64,000 bases of DNA, taken from the NCBI GenBank assembly GCA_964016885.1, contig OZ024741.1, positions 298,096,001 through 298,160,000 on the forward strand, read 5' to 3'. Position 1 is the first letter of the stretch; each line of letters opens with the position of its first letter. The notes beneath the pieces are model-generated. The model made no database searches and was not told the DNA's origin. It was given only the letters and a program-made list of their open reading frames with translations. Positions 12,328 to 26,494 of this stretch are shown piece by piece. This DNA is from Eledone cirrhosa. Taxonomy: Eukaryota. The position numbers were made by a program, and so were the translations under genes.

Positions 12328-12492
12328 CATCATCATCATTTAACATCCATTTTCCATGCTAGCAAAGGTACATATTATTATACTTTGGAAAGGTCATGCT
12401 GCCAATAAAATCATACACACCTGTTGCTTTTCACTTCCATTTATTACAACTTTCCATTGGTTGGTTTAATAACCAGATGGTTGTTTTTTATT

Positions 12493-12535
12493 GTCAAAGC
12501 TCTTTTGTCACACATGCTATGACCTCCTCAGTGAC
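12493..12535 (-). ncRNA. Minimal hammerhead ribozyme candidate in the Penelope 3' end
   Basis: Minus strand reads gtca-CTGAGGA-ggtcatagcatgtgtgac-AAAA-gagctt-tgac-AATAAA. GAAA appears decayed to AAAA. Confidence 0.5.
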
Positions 12536-13146
12536 TAATTTGTTATTTTGTGTCTCATTTTTCTGTACTGCATCACCTTGTTTATGTGTGCTGTGTATTT
12601 GGGTTGCACATGCATCATATCCGAGTGCATGTGTGTTTTTATTTATTTATTTATATATACGTTTATTTACTTGTCACTAGTTGGTTGCTTGTTCTATCTG
12701 TGTGTGTCTGGTTTTTTTATTAGTTTGGTTCTTCTGTGTCTCTGTATGTCTTTATTTTGTCCTTAATTACTAGTTGTGATGTTGCTATTCTACTCGTTTT
12801 CTGTTTAATTTTGGTTGGAGTTCCTTTATGTTTGTCGCCTCAGTAATCTGTTGGAGCTTTGCATCTTTTCTGCATATGGATATGATTTTTATTTCTATAT
12901 TCTCTAGTGTGCTCTCATATTCCATTTTGGCATGTTGGTGGAGTACTGATGAGTTTTTCCCATCCTGAAGTTCTCACCAGTGTTCATTTATTCTTTCTCC
13001 TATGCTACAGGCTGTCTCACCTATGTAAGTTGTGTTCCTATTCCTACACTACGCCTCCGTACATCTTATGTTAGTTTTTCAGTTAATTTGTGGGCTTAAT
13101 TTGCAGTCTATACATTTCCTATCAGTACGGGATTTCTTTTTTCAAA

Positions 13147-13358
13147 ACAGACTTCATAACAAGGCATCATGAACTTTATAAAATCATCTGCACACTATTA
13201 GTTACCCATGTCCAATGTGGGAGGACATTTTCAAAGCTAAAGATCATAAAGACAAGGTTAAGAAATTCGCTGTCTGAGAAGTTGGAATCATACATATTGC
13301 TATCCATTAAAAAGGAATTGTTACATGAATTGGATGCAAAAAGCAAGTATTGACAGAT
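13147..13358 (+). repeat. Inverted duplicate of the hAT fragment 8708-8930
   Basis: Near-identical reverse complement; same peptide HHELYKIICTLL...ELDAK in ORF 13090-13353. Confidence 0.85.
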
Positions 13359-14539
13359 AAAATAAAGTACCAATAATACACTGGGTAATTGCTGGCCTTG
13401 TGCCAAAAGTAGAAACAATTATTAATAGTTTTTAACCAGAGTTCTGTATCTAGTATGGGTAATCTATGGTTGGGGTGTTTAATTGGGTAGTCTATGGTAA
13501 CTTTAATACTCTGGAGGATGGAGTTAGCTATTTGCTGGATGCTTTCCATGGTGTTCTTCTCTAATTCCTGACTGTTCTCCTGCAGGGGTGTTTTCATTAT
13601 GATGTTGATGTCATCTACTTAATGGGAGTACATAGTCAGCATTATAGAGTTCTCATCTTAGCATTCATTAAGTCTCCTGTCCCACCATACCATAAAAAGG
13701 TTAGCTATGTCACCAACAATGCTGACACCAATGGCCACCCCCTCCTCTTGGGCTTATGTTTTGAACTTAAACATATGTTCCCTAAGGATTAGTCTTATAT
13801 TGGCCCTTACTGCATGTGTAATCATTTTCTTTACTTGGTTGTGATTTCCGGGGTTCCAAATGGCTCTGGTCCACCCGCTTCATCTTTCTGTGGGTCTTCT
13901 TGGTCATTGAGGTAATGGAGGTGGTCTGCCTTTCTCTGGCCTTGTGAGACAGAGACTGCTAAAGTGATGTGTATCTAAGTAGGAGCCCCAGCTCACTGGT
14001 ATCAGTCCCATGGAATTCTACATCACTCTCACTGATCATCTAGAAATTTAGTTATAAGGATTATTATCTCCATACTGATCTTGCTTCTGTTTGACTTGTT
14101 AAAGATTTGCAACTGCATGGCTGGCAATGCAATTGTCAACAAATAAGGATTTTTACATTAGGCTCAAGGCCAGTAATTTTTGGGGTAGGGGAAAGTTGAT
14201 TAAATCGACCCCAGTGCATTACTCAGCGGGATTTGAAATCAGAATGTAATGGGCCATAACTCTATGCCACAAAGTATAGTGTCTGACGCTCTACTGATAC
14301 TGCCAATTCGCTGCCCTTTTTGTCAACAAATAATAAAAGTTTAGTTTTCTTCCAGATCATCTCTGATAAATGGACAATATATCTCCACCCATTCAAGCCT
14401 TCTTGCTGTTTCAAAGTAGCAACAAAAGTATCTTCTCGTAGCAGTATTTTAATACTCTAGTATTCCCAATCACTAGTAATTTTCTTTTGTCATTTTACAT
14501 CTCAGAAGTTCTCATAGTTCTCCATTGTTAACCAGTTTT

Positions 14540-15730
14540 GTATGTCCCAACAATGACTTTCACACACTTTGAATTACCCAGCAATAACAACTTAAGGCCA
14601 TGGAAGGTAGCTTCTCATGAAAACAGAACCTTCTAGAATCACTTTATTCACACTGACTGGCTGCTTTGCAATGTGGAACACCTGCTTCTGATCCTCATGT
14701 CACTAAACATTGGTAGACCTACTGTCAGCTTTAGCTTCTTTACATGCTATGTAAACCTGTTGTTGAGCTTCTCTTTTTGGTATCTGAAACTGTTCTTTGC
14801 TGTCTCCATTTTTCCAGTCTTTCCATGCCTATCTCTTAGTTTTAATGGCTTTGCCTGCAGTGCTATTCCACCACCAGGTTACCCTTCATCTACTTGGTAC
14901 CTTTCTCAAACCACAGGTCTCATCAGTGGCCTGCAGTAGGTTGTACCAGAACAACTTCCAATTGCCCTCTGTATTATGTGTCTATCTCTTTCTCCTCATA
15001 TATGCCAGGTTTTTCTGAATCTATATTTAACAGCAAAGTCTTTTAGCTTCCATACATTCCTTCTCCAGATTTTCCTGCTTTTCTGATTTTGTCTCGTTTT
15101 TATTTTGATGTCACTAAAAACAAACTTATGTTGGTAAGTGCATTCTTCTCTGGGAAAGGGCTTAGTATTCATTACCATCTGTCTATCCCATTTTCTAATG
15201 AACAAGTAGTCATTCTGGCATGCATGTTTACCTGAGTGATAGGTGATCAAGTTGGTTGGTTTCTTGAAGTTAGTATTAGAAATGGTTTGATCTTTTGCAT
15301 CATCGAATTTTAGGAGCCATAATTCCTCTGCATTTCTCAAGCCATATCTATAGCCATCCTGGTGCTGCCCAGCATATCCATTGAAGTTGTCAGTAAGAGG
15401 TCTTCATAGAAACAATCCTTTTGTCCTGACTGGTGCATAAGTAGAAAAAAATCATCGTCATTTTATTGCCTATGATTATTCTGTTATTTACTCAATCACA
15501 ATTACCTCATCTATCCACTTCACAGCTAGTAAAATGCTTCCTCCATCTACTCAATCACAATTTCTTATCCAGAACAGCTTATATCTATATTCTTTGCCTG
15601 TGAACACTTTGATTGAGGCTTCTCTTCATCTCACCTCTTGAACACAGTACACATCCACTGTCTACTCTCAAACATCTCTGCAATTTCCCTAGATCTACCT
15701 ATCAGTGTGACAGCTCTGAAATGTGTTACC
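14540..15730 (-). mobile_element. RTE LINE 5' (APE endonuclease) fragment, decayed
   Basis: LIGRSREIAEMF...YCVQEVR and ORF 14996-15340 (SNTNFKKPTNLITYHSG..DY..PREEC). Confidence 0.8.
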
Positions 15731-16284
15731 TGACAGTGGTAATTGATTCATCCTTTGGTAGTAGCTGTTTGTATATGTAAAGAAAAGTGGTTGTGCAATT
15801 GCTTGATGATAATTGAGGGGTTATTGAACATGGCTAGGTTAGCCACCCCACTACCATGTGCAACACTAATTTGATAACATTAGTCATGTATATGCAATTA
15901 GTACGAATGTTATAAGTTGTGCTTTCCATAATTTTTGGCGAGGTTTTTCTAGCTTGATGCCCTTCCTATCACCAACTACTTTACAGTGTGGACTGGGTGC
16001 ATTTCATTGTAGAGAGGTTCTCAGGCAAAACCATAGAGTCCTCTCTCTCCTATGTCAGTTTTATTTCAGAGTGACTGCTCTCTTAAATAGGTTACCTTCT
16101 GCATAACTTATGTAACCCAAGTCTACTTCATACTGTCTTATTTATTCAAATTGACTGCTCTCTGAAATGGGCTACCTTCTTCATGTCTTATGAAGCCAAC
16201 ACATATACTGTTTAATTATATTTATTCAAAGTTACTGTCATCTCCACGTGTTATGTAGCTCTCGTCTGCCCTCCTCACCACAAA

Positions 16285-16595
16285 GGCACTTAAGGATGCA
16301 AAAGATATCAAATGTAGTGTACAAGAAAAGGGACTGCATCAGTATGGCCATGTAATGAATATAGGGGATGATAGTTGGGTGACGAAATGCCAGGATTTCT
16401 TAGTGGAAGGAAGCTGCACTAGAGAAAGGCCAAAGAAAGCCTGGGTAGAGGTGTTGAGAGCAGATCTCAAAATGCTGAACCTCACAGAGAAGATGATAAA
16501 GTAACACAAGGTGTGAAGGGAGGTGGTGCTGGAAAAGACTCATTTAACTTATGCAAGCATGGGAAATTGGATGTAAAAAGGATGATGATGATGAT
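16285..16595 (+). mobile_element. RTE LINE 3' end with (GAT)n tail
   Basis: L..YGHVM...RPKKAW-like remnant, then the family terminus ending in gatgatgatgatgat. Confidence 0.65.
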
Positions 16596-18169
16596 TCAGC
16601 TGAAACATCTGTAAGTTGATAGAGAGTTAGTGTGAGGCCTGGAAGGTGGATCACTGATGTGATGGAAAGTAAAATTATGTGTACTGGGTTGAAATGAAAT
16701 ACAGTACATTCAAAGAACAGCAGCTTCTGTAGTTGTAACAGAATAGAAAGAAAAAGCAGACAGTGTGTCTATAAGTAAGATGTAATTTGGTATTTGCCAA
16801 TCAGTCAGACACCCTTTTTTTTTTATTCAGTTTAAGATTTGTATGCATTGCAACTGCACTTCAATGTGGGTTTTACCTGAACTTTGCAGAGGGTCAGCAA
16901 GTGATCAGAGCTGATCCTGAAGAGGAAGGCTAATGTTTGAGATGTAGTTTTAGCAATGTTAATATATGTGGAGTGCTAGGAAAGATCATCAAAAAGTGTA
17001 AAACCTTGTATCAAAGGTGGTGTAAACTGTTATAACCAGTTTATTCAACTCCTTGAAGTCATTTTCTCTCTCTGCCATAGAACCATATTTTCTCAGGATT
17101 TGGAATCATAATTAGAAACTGTAAAAATAGAAAAATTCCAGACATCATCATCATTTAATATATTTTTCCTGCTAGCAAGGGCTGGATGGGTCATTATAGA
17201 CCAAGTCAGTACTCAAGCAGAGCTACTGGACTCTGGGTGCTCAGTCAGGCGGGGGGAACCAACATCTCGCAAAATGTTTCCATGCTCTACCAAGTAGATT
17301 TTATAGCACCAGCACTTGAGAAGTCATATCTTAGACACAGCTAAAGTGTCCTAATTTTTTGTTTGACAGGTTTTCTACAGGTGTATGCCCTTCTTATCAC
17401 CAACCACTTTATAGAGTGTAGCAAACTACTTTCCTTTGGCGCATTGATAGCCAAATTATGCACGAATAGCCTAAGTCAGGCCAATCGTGAGCCACGCACG
17501 GATATGTATTTTCAACTTCCGCCCAAACTGAGACTGTTTGGAAAGGTAAACAACCATTTTTCTTTTGCTCCGCAACCACTAGCCAATATGTAATGACAAA
17601 GATATAACAATGGACCTGGCCATCACCTCAGCCAGTGGACCGTGACTTCTGAAATCTTAATTTGTTTGTTTCATTTGTTTAGCATGCCAGCCCAGCTCAG
17701 CTCAGCTCAATCTTTGTAATCAGTTTGTAAATAAAATATGTAAAAACATTGTAAAGTTTTGTGATGCTATTTACCACAACCATTGCCTTAAAATGTGATA
17801 TGGAAAGATTCTTTTCAAAGTTATTATCACTGCAGCAACAGAACCTGAGACTTACAGCCGAATCTCAATTCAACTTACATTTATTGATATAACAAACCAT
17901 ATCATTCCTGCTACAACAAAATACATATCGTTGTTGATATTATTACATGGCATAATATTATTTAACAGCTTAACTGGTGACTATTAAATGTCTGCTATAT
18001 TGGTGACCTCTGATGATACAAAATACAACATAAAAATACAAATATCATCATCATTTTATAACCTGCTATACAAAATAATAATATTGCTATAGTTGCATTT
18101 ATCATGTGGATAAATAACACTGGGGAGGTTGTCATGTCTTTGACACAACTGGAAACAAAATCTTCAATG

Positions 18170-18930
18170 AAAGAGCCTCCAAGTAATCTAGCAATGACTA
18201 CTGTTTTAGTAAGGACGAAAGAGCATAAGACTCTGTCATGATCTAGAAAACAGCTGTGTTCAATATGCAGAAAAAAGGAGTAGGTAGAAACTCAATACAG
18301 TGTGTACAGTGGACACACAAGGGATCATGGATAGGTTGTCAGAGAAGGTAGACTTAGATGTAACAAATGCACAGAAGTAGTCAACAGTAAATGTACTCAA
18401 GAAATAAACTTCAATTGTACATAAGAACCACTAGTAGCAGAATTATCTATGTAACCTCATTAGCAATGGAAGTGAATGCACTGAAATTGTAGCCAGATGG
18501 AAGAAGTTTAAGGAGCTGTTACCTCTGCAGGCAACAAATTGTTTTTCTCAGAGTGAAGGGTAGATTGTATGATGCTTGTATTTGAACTATGCTACTCAAA
18601 AGAGTGCAGAAATTTTATGGCAGCTATAAAGAAGTAAGGCTTACAAGTTTTGCTGGGTATGTAATGTTAGTGTGCATGAATGACAAAGTATGATAAAACT
18701 GAAAGAAAGGTTGAGTATAAAAAGAATGTAGATTACACTGGTACAGTCAAATGATCTGTAAGAAGAATGAGAGTTGTATAAAAAAAAATGCTGATTGCAA
18801 AGTACATGGACTTTGAGGCAGAAGAGACCGAGGAAGATATAGGATGACCTTAAAAAACTGAACCTCATGGAGATGATGTAAGAACAAGTTGACTGGCAAT
18901 TTGCTGTACTACAAAAAAACCTGTCCACCA
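18170..18930 (+). mobile_element. RTE LINE 3' fragment, decayed
   Basis: CRKKGVGRNSIQC, WKKFKELLPL and KGRLYDACI remnants. Confidence 0.7.
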
Positions 18931-20289
18931 GTGCAAACTCTCATGCTAAAAGTAAATTTGGGAGATCCTCTTTAACTTGCAGGACAAGAAAACCTCTGGC
19001 ATCACAATTAAATGCTCTCAATACCCCTGTCCCCATAAAGTACATACTGAGATAACAAAGTAGAGAGGACCCTTTGGACTTGTCAAATATGTGACAATTA
19101 TTTTAGTATTGGTCTCGTGATAAAATGCAGCCAATACACTCTGTAAAGTGGTAGTATGGGTACCACAATAACATGTGTCCAGTACACTCTGTAAAGTGGT
19201 TGGCATTAGGAAGAGCATCCATCCATAGAGGTCCTGCCAAATATGGAACATATGAGCAAAAAGAGGTCTCTTTGAGTTGTACTGTCTTATCTTTTAGATT
19301 GTGTCTCCTCAAATTGAGCCATTGCATTGCATACTGGTACATCTTTTTTTAACCCACAGTATCAACTCAGATATGCCTCTAAGGTTCAGTTATGTTGCAT
19401 ACACTCTTCCTTTTATATATTAGCAATTTACTTACAATATGACAATAGCTCTTTTACATGTTTCCAAAGATTGAGATATATCCGTGTAGAGTTTACACTG
19501 GTTGAAGGGCAAGATCTGAAGTGCATAATTTGAAGATAATGGAAAATACTTGTCAGAGCCGATTGATTTCCTGTGAACAGCAGTATTTTTGTGCTTGGCA
19601 TGTATGTATATATGATAGGCAATATGGTAGATTGGGAAAGAAAAGTTTTACTGAGTGTGTGCTTTGTGGAGTTGAAAGAAGATGTGGAAACTTACTCCAT
19701 GGAAGTACTGCCAGCAGATATACATATTTTGAAAAGATTCTCTTCCAGGTGACCAAAAAGACCAACTAACATTTTAGAAATTATCTTTCACACAATGTCA
19801 ACTGTAGACAAAAAATGACATCAGTTATTTCTTTAAAATGTTGATACCTTATATACATCTTATGCATTACCAAGTTTTTATACAATCAACACAGATGAAA
19901 TAAAAACTATATTTTAACAATATTTGGAATTGAGAAAAATACATAAACTTTAGATGGGCTCTAACAGGGCTATTATCAATCAGTTAGTTATATCACATTG
20001 TCAAAGGATTTCAAAACATCATATAACAGCTTGTGAAGATCAGTTTGGAGAATTATGCAAATTTTATCATACATTGATGAAGTTTGTTAATTCTATAGTT
20101 TATGTTTGTATCAGCAAAAGTATGATGGAACAATATAAGAATAAACCAGCTTTATTTAAATCTGAGGTTATTAAAAATATACACAAAGAGTGATGAGGTG
20201 TGTTGTCATGATTATGGGGTTCACATTTGAGATGACAAAAAATGGAGAGAATATGGTGATATATTGTGTAGTGTGTACAAGTAGGTGTT

Positions 20290-20572
20290 ATCTATCCAAT
20301 CTGATGGTAATTGTTTCAGTTGTTTGGTCAATGGAATAATCTGCTCATGAAATTAACATGTAAGTGGTTGAGCATTCCACAGACACTCCTAAAAGTTATG
20401 TTATTAAATGAGGCTCAGGATGACACAGTGTGTGACAAGGCTAGCCTTTTGAATAACAGGTACAAATCATTTTTTCCAGCTGAGTGTCTTGCCCAAGGAT
20501 ACAATCTCTACTGGGAATTGAACTTAGGATCATGATCTGAATACTGTAAGTACTAAGCCACATGCCTTCACA
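20290..20572 (-). mobile_element. tRNA-derived SINE family 2
   Basis: Homologous to 51850-52327; head gtgaaggcatgtggcttagt. Confidence 0.65.
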
Positions 20573-20626
20573 GTGATAACTTGTATGACAGACATGCTCA
20601 ACTAGCACCAGCATGTAGAATGAACA

Positions 20627-20828
20627 TTAACCCTTTAGCATTTACATTACTCTATATATACTATTATACTTTCACAGTAAAGGCTTTACCTCACATAATA
20701 TTGAATCTATGAGATTTTCATATTGTTTATTTTGAGAACAATACCTTAACATCACTATGAGTGGTCAGTTACAGCCAGTTTGAACAGAAAGAGGTGAGAG
20801 AATTCTGGCTGGATACAGCTGGTTAAAT
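20627..20828. mobile_element. piggyBac-type MITE, left end retained
   Basis: TTAA|ccctttagcatt terminus; body matches 51124-51315. Confidence 0.65.
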
Positions 20829-21355
20829 ATCAGTGAGGATGACTCACAAATTATATCAATGACTTTGCATTTATATTAAGTTTAAAGTAAAAGTGACACT
20901 TGCAAATTATCATTTAGTTTAATCATAATATCATGAAGGAATCATACAAAAAACAAGAAAATTGATAAAATTACATAAATCGACATAGTGATTAGAGGAG
21001 AAATGAATGGATTGGGAGTGCATGAATGGAGGTGGCATGAGTTTAGCAAGCTCCAATGAGAGCAGTCCATTATAGTGATGGTAGCATAATCTGATCGGAA
21101 GCTACCAATCTAAAAGATATGACAGGTGGATAGAACCCAAAAGCAGGCAGTTTTGTGGGGAGCTAGGCATGCCAGACATTGTTTTCTCTAAGGTGAGAGC
21201 TCATTGGTGTGTGACAGAAGAATAGATCATCAGTTGTTTTGGCAAGTTTCTATTGGTGATTGCTAAGAAAAGAGAAATTTAAGGTGTTGAGAAATGTGTT
21301 ACATTTGAATAAATATTATGTAGTACACATTGCCTGAATTTTTACATTGATAAAA

Positions 21356-22195
21356 TTACTGTTCTGGGTGAATATATACATGTGTAGTTAACTGACATTT
21401 ATGAGAGAATGATTTATCACATATATCACAGTGATATGGTTTATCTCCTGTATGAATGTATTTATGAGTAGTTAAGTGACTTTTTTGAGAGAAAGCTTTA
21501 CCACAGATATCACAGTCATATGGTTTCTCTCCTGTATGAACCCGCTTGTGTTTAGTTAAGGTACTTCCTCCAGAGAATGATTTACCACAAATATCACAGT
21601 GATAGGGTTTCTCTCCTGTATGAACACGTTTGTGTTTAATTAAGACACAATTTCGAGAGAATGATTTACCACAGATATCACAATGACATGGCTTTTCTCC
21701 TGTGTGAACCCGCTTGTGTATAATTAAGTCACTACTTCCAGAAAATGGTTTACCACAAATATCGCAGTGATATGGCTTCTCTCCTGTATGAATACGTTTG
21801 TGTTTAATTAAGTGATGTTTTTGAGAGAATGTTTTACCACAGATATCACAGTGATATGGCTTTTCTCCTGTATGAATACGTTTATGTATAGTTAAGGTAT
21901 TTATTTGAGAGAACGATTCACCACAGATATCACAGTGATGTGGTTTAACTCCTGTATGAAGGTTTTTGTGATTAGTTAAGTGACATAACACAGAGAATGA
22001 TCTACCACAGATATCACAATGATATGGTTTCTCTCCTGTATGAATACGTTTGTGAGTAGTAAGGTTACCTTTTGAAGTGAAAGATTTACCACAGATATCA
22101 CAGGGGTATGAGGTTTTCCCTTTTACATTCATTATATCAGGGAAACCAATCCGTTTAAATTTAACCTTGTTCTCGCATAATTCATGTTCCATCAT
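21356..22195 (-). CDS. C2H2 zinc finger protein ZNF-B, 9 fingers
   Basis: Intact ORF. First ATG at 22195 (MMEHELCENK). Nine CDICG..F...L..H..H fingers. Confidence 0.9.
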   Translation of the reverse strand: MMEHELCENKVKFKRIGFPDIMNVKGKTSYPCDICGKSFTSKGNLTTHKRIHTGEKPYHCDICGRSFSVLCHLTNHKNLHTGVKPHHCDICGESFSQINTLTIHKRIHTGEKPYHCDICGKTFSQKHHLIKHKRIHTGEKPYHCDICGKPFSGSSDLIIHKRVHTGEKPCHCDICGKSFSRNCVLIKHKRVHTGEKPYHCDICGKSFSGGSTLTKHKRVHTGEKPYDCDICGKAFSQKSHLTTHKYIHTGDKPYHCDICDKSFSHKCQLTTHVYIHPEQ

Positions 22196-23364
22196 CTTTT
22201 TTTCCTTTTTCGTCTTTTCCTTTTTATATTTTATTCCTAGCAAATATTTATTCTACCATAATTCCATCGTCTGTGATATTTGTTGATATCTAAAAACGGT
22301 TCAAAATCCTTTGTAATAGCGCTTTAATTCGAACTCAAAAACATATTGAACATATTTCAGGCAGTGAGGTGAAGAAATTTTGCTATCAAATTCAGTTCAT
22401 ACGAAATATTCCACAACAGCAGTGTACCAGCATGGCCTCAGCCTGTAGGCTGGAACACGTAATAGAGTAATAATTCTAACATAAAAATAAATTCCAATTG
22501 AAAACGAACGAGCGTGCAGGAATAGTTATTTTATGAATATCAATGAGTATTTACGAACATGAATGAGTTGGCTTTATGTTCTTTGGACATAGGTTTTGTG
22601 CGCCTGTTTCTTGTATTATGTTTTATTTTATTACTTTGTTCACAACATTTTCGTTGACCCCTGTGTTGTGCGGCCGATTGTCGCACTTGGTGGTGAATTG
22701 ATGATCGTTTTTCTTTTTCTTTTTTCTCTCTCGCTTTGATCATATATTTTGGTGTTGTATTTGTAAGGTTCCTAGCAATAGTTAATTGTATTTATAAAAT
22801 GTGTTTATATTTTCATTATGAAAGAATTGTATTATGTTCCATGTATATACATTCAAAAGTTTGTGCATTTGGAGAAACAACAGAAAGAAGGTCCAGTTCG
22901 CTACAACTACCTACTGCTTATACATAGATTTACATAAATACTATTATATCATATCAGTTTAAGATATTCCTCTTATTTTTGGTAAATATTCTTTGTTGTG
23001 TTTCGACAAGCTCAAGTCAATATCCGGTTAAACACACGCATGACGGTTGGGGCGAATATCCGGTGCAGACGGTGTGCACACGCTTACGTTGATATATTTT
23101 GTTGTTGTTTGCTTACTTAATTCCATATACAAACGGTTTTATATATATTGTTGCGTAAATATATATATTCTTTATTGTATGTACATATATATATGTGTGT
23201 GTGTGTAGCAATATCCGTAGGTGTAAAAATGAAAACAGTGCTCAATCGGGAAACCATTACTATGTAAAGATAGTAGATTGGACAAAATACTTTACGGTAT
23301 TAACTTACGACGTTCAAAGTTCAAATCCCGCCGAGGTCAACTTCCTCTTCCATAGTTACCTTCA

Positions 23365-23670
23365 ACATCAAGTGCCCTATACCTATTTCTGCAGCTGCTA
23401 TCCTCGATATACATCACATGTCCATACCCAACGCAATCTCCTCTCCTACACACATATGATCCCTCTTAGGCCCAGTTTCTCCCTTCCAGTTCATTTATGC
23501 ATATTACACATCCATCAGAGCATACAAGTTTCACTCTTTCCAATCTTCATGCTCTCTGTACATAGCGCCCAGGCCACACTACCATGCAGCATTATTGTTC
23601 GTATACATGCATCATACATTCTGCCCTTCATTTTTAGGCTAGAAGTAGGTATTACTATGAATTTTTGAAA
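23365..23670 (-). mobile_element. RTE LINE 3' fragment
   Basis: SLKMKGRMYDACIRTIMLHGS (ORF 23515-23724). Confidence 0.75.
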
Positions 23671-24117
23671 ATGTTTAAATCTAACTTCTGTACTTTTTCT
23701 TGCATAGCATCTAAAAAGAAACAATTTGATATCTCATTTGTGAAATTTGGATGAAATAGTTTAGGAAATGACAATTTGATTGGTTAGCGAATTGGTCAAA
23801 ATTTTACCTAATTAAGCCTAAATGAAAAATTAGCCATATTTGTGATGCCATATCTTTGAAACTGAGGTAATAATCATCTTCAAATTACACAAATTGATAT
23901 TGTCCATGGGATAGCAGTTGATTTTTTTTTTTCTCAGGTTCTTGAAAATAAAACTTTTTTGATAATTTTTAACATATTTATGTAAAGTTTTTAATATATA
24001 CATAAATAACATTACAAATTGCTCACAATTATTTCAGAATGGAAATATAAACACTTGTAACAAAAGCAATTAACTATTACTAGGGACCTTACAAATACAA
24101 CGCACCAAAATATATGA

Positions 24118-24452
24118 CCAGAGCGGTATATTTTATTCCGTTCGGCAACGGAAGCAGTGACCCCCACATTTAGCGCACCATCCATAATGTGGGAGGGAGA
24201 AAAGAGTCACTGACTGAGGCGTCCCAGATAAGCCTTTTACCCAGGGAAAAGGGTAAGGCCGTCTGGTCTCTTCCCATCGCTTCTAGATAGTTCAGCAGGT
24301 TCCAGAACTGAGGGGATATTTACCCGAGTTAGGGCCCTTTTAACAATCAAGTTTAGCACTGTGTGGCGGGTGAAACGACCAGCATTCAGGCGACAGGACA
24401 AAACCATGTAGGCCTGAGGAGTTGAGGGACCTACCTCAACGACATCTCAGAC
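24118..24452 (-). mobile_element. CRE-like non-LTR retrotransposon, restriction-like endonuclease fragment
   Basis: Manual translation with frameshifts: [64 protein letters not shown]...AERNKIY. Confidence 0.8.
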
Positions 24453-24774
24453 CCCTATTTTGTTACATGTAACAAACAATCAATTTCGCGACGCAAGCGC
24501 AAGCTTTTCATGTGTTTTCAGACCTAGTTAAATCCAAAATTACAAGCCACAGACACTTGAGTTTTGGCATATTTGTAGTAGGTATAGAACTAAATAAATC
24601 CTTAGATTTTGAGACATGACGCCGTTTCCATAAAATTGTAATGGACTATTAAAATGGCTATAAACAAATTACAGTGATTGCGATCCGTTATCTGTGGGAG
24701 GCTCAGTTTTGATTTTAATAGATATCCCTGTAGGGTTCCGTAAAAGGGGCGACACGCAGTTTGACCACGCAAAA

Positions 24775-24900
24775 ACTTACCCGACACATATTCTAGGTTC
24801 TCCCCAATCACCCTCGTATTTCCACCCATTCACAACGTTTGTCCAAAATTAGCATGGAATCGTCACATTGAGAATGTTTATTCCCTCTCGCAGTTTTAAC
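24775..24900 (-). other. Candidate non-coding first exon / splice donor of ZNF-B
   Basis: CGG|GTAAGT donor at 24780 in a CpG-richer patch. Assignment to ZNF-B is inferred. Confidence 0.3.
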
Positions 24901-26494
24901 ATGTGGAGAGAGAAGTCAAATTTTCGTTTTTCTTTGGTCAAATCTCACCAATAAAAATTATATTGTGCAATGAATATTATTTTGTAGACTATTAAAGTCC
25001 GATGTGATGTTTTGTTTTTTTTTCGATTTGGAATACGGATGATTTCTATAGTGCCGATTAGTTTATTTTTTTATCTTTCTTCTAACGAGTTTGCTTACAG
25101 AGTTTTTAATGCAAGAAATTAGTTTTCACATTTTGTTTGTTTTTTTAATCTAGGTGTACATGCAATTTTGAAAAGGTTTTATTAATAATAAAATAAAATA
25201 AAATAATTGTATTGATAAATATCACTAACACTTTATAGCAGGACTGTGTTACTAATGGTAATGTAGGACTCGAGAAAACTTATGTAGCTCAATTTAGTGC
25301 ATTTTTTCAAAACTGAAACAAAGAAAATAAATTTTAGACCAAGAAAAGTTAAATGTTACAATCACACTGAAAAACGAATAGTTTCGGACAGTTTTGAAAG
25401 CCACATTCGTTCGAAACACATTGGGTAAAACAACTTTCATCTTTAATTGTAAAAATCTATCCAAGAAAAAGTCAGTTGTGCAAAGGAAAATCTACAATGC
25501 TAACGTACATAATACTTTCAGTATCTAATTCTCACTGAAATATTTCATAAAGGATACTGCTAATTCAAGAAATATAACCAAAGATCAAAGCCAGTCACTA
25601 AGCTGGAAATCACTGTTACTACGCATGCATATATATTATATAATATATGTAAAGGAAGAGAACTCTCATTATATTCCTTCAACGAAGAATAACAACTTGA
25701 TACTATAGAAGTAGCTATATACCCACCATCTATCTTTTTACCACATTGTTAAAACACATCCTTATGGGGTCGATAAAATAAAGCACCAGTAATGCACTGG
25801 CTCGATTTAATCGACTTTCCCCTCTCCCCAAATTGCTGGCCTTGTGCGTAAATTGATAGATCTAAATGTCTTTAGAAATTTGAAGTCTCGATTCCCATTC
25901 AGTCTAACTCTAGTTGACAGTGTCTATTTCCTTCCACCGAGATCAAATATATAAACTAACAAAACATTTGTTTATACACAGCCATTTCTTAAAACCACAT
26001 TAGACTGTTTGCAGGTCAGTTTTTACTAGTGATTGAAACTTTGGTTGTATACATAATCGACGTTTAATGTGACAGCAAAGTAAACACAGATGCTTCCTCT
26101 ATTTTATAACACTACCAAGAAAACATATTTCACACTAAAATTGGAAAACCTTTTATTTTTCAGACTCACTGTGCCTCTTACTTCTTTAGACGGTGAGAGT
26201 TAGTTCCCCCTGAATGTTTAATGTATTAGTGTAACTAATCACTCTGTCTCTCTCTATATATATACACTCTTGTCTTTAATAAGCAGGCGAAACTCCGAAG
26301 TAACAAGACTCACTATTTAGCCTTAATAAAATGAATATTAAAACTCTACTTCGGTATTGAGTATTCTTTTCTCTCAGCCGTCAATCACATATGGAGATAT
26401 AGACGCACGTATTTAGTAGTAATTTTCTATACACTAACACAATTTTACATAGCCCCTCTCACCTTTACGTGCCCTACATATTACCACCTGACCA

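Larger units (their letters stand above)
12480..14045 (-). mobile_element. Penelope-like element (RT and GIY-YIG remnants), disrupted
   Basis: RT motifs EEGVAIGVS...VDDINI and TIDYP...LPILDTELW (13410-13760). GIY-YIG motifs YIGETACSIGE...SVLHQH...QITEA..I....PKLN (12790-13080). Confidence 0.8.
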
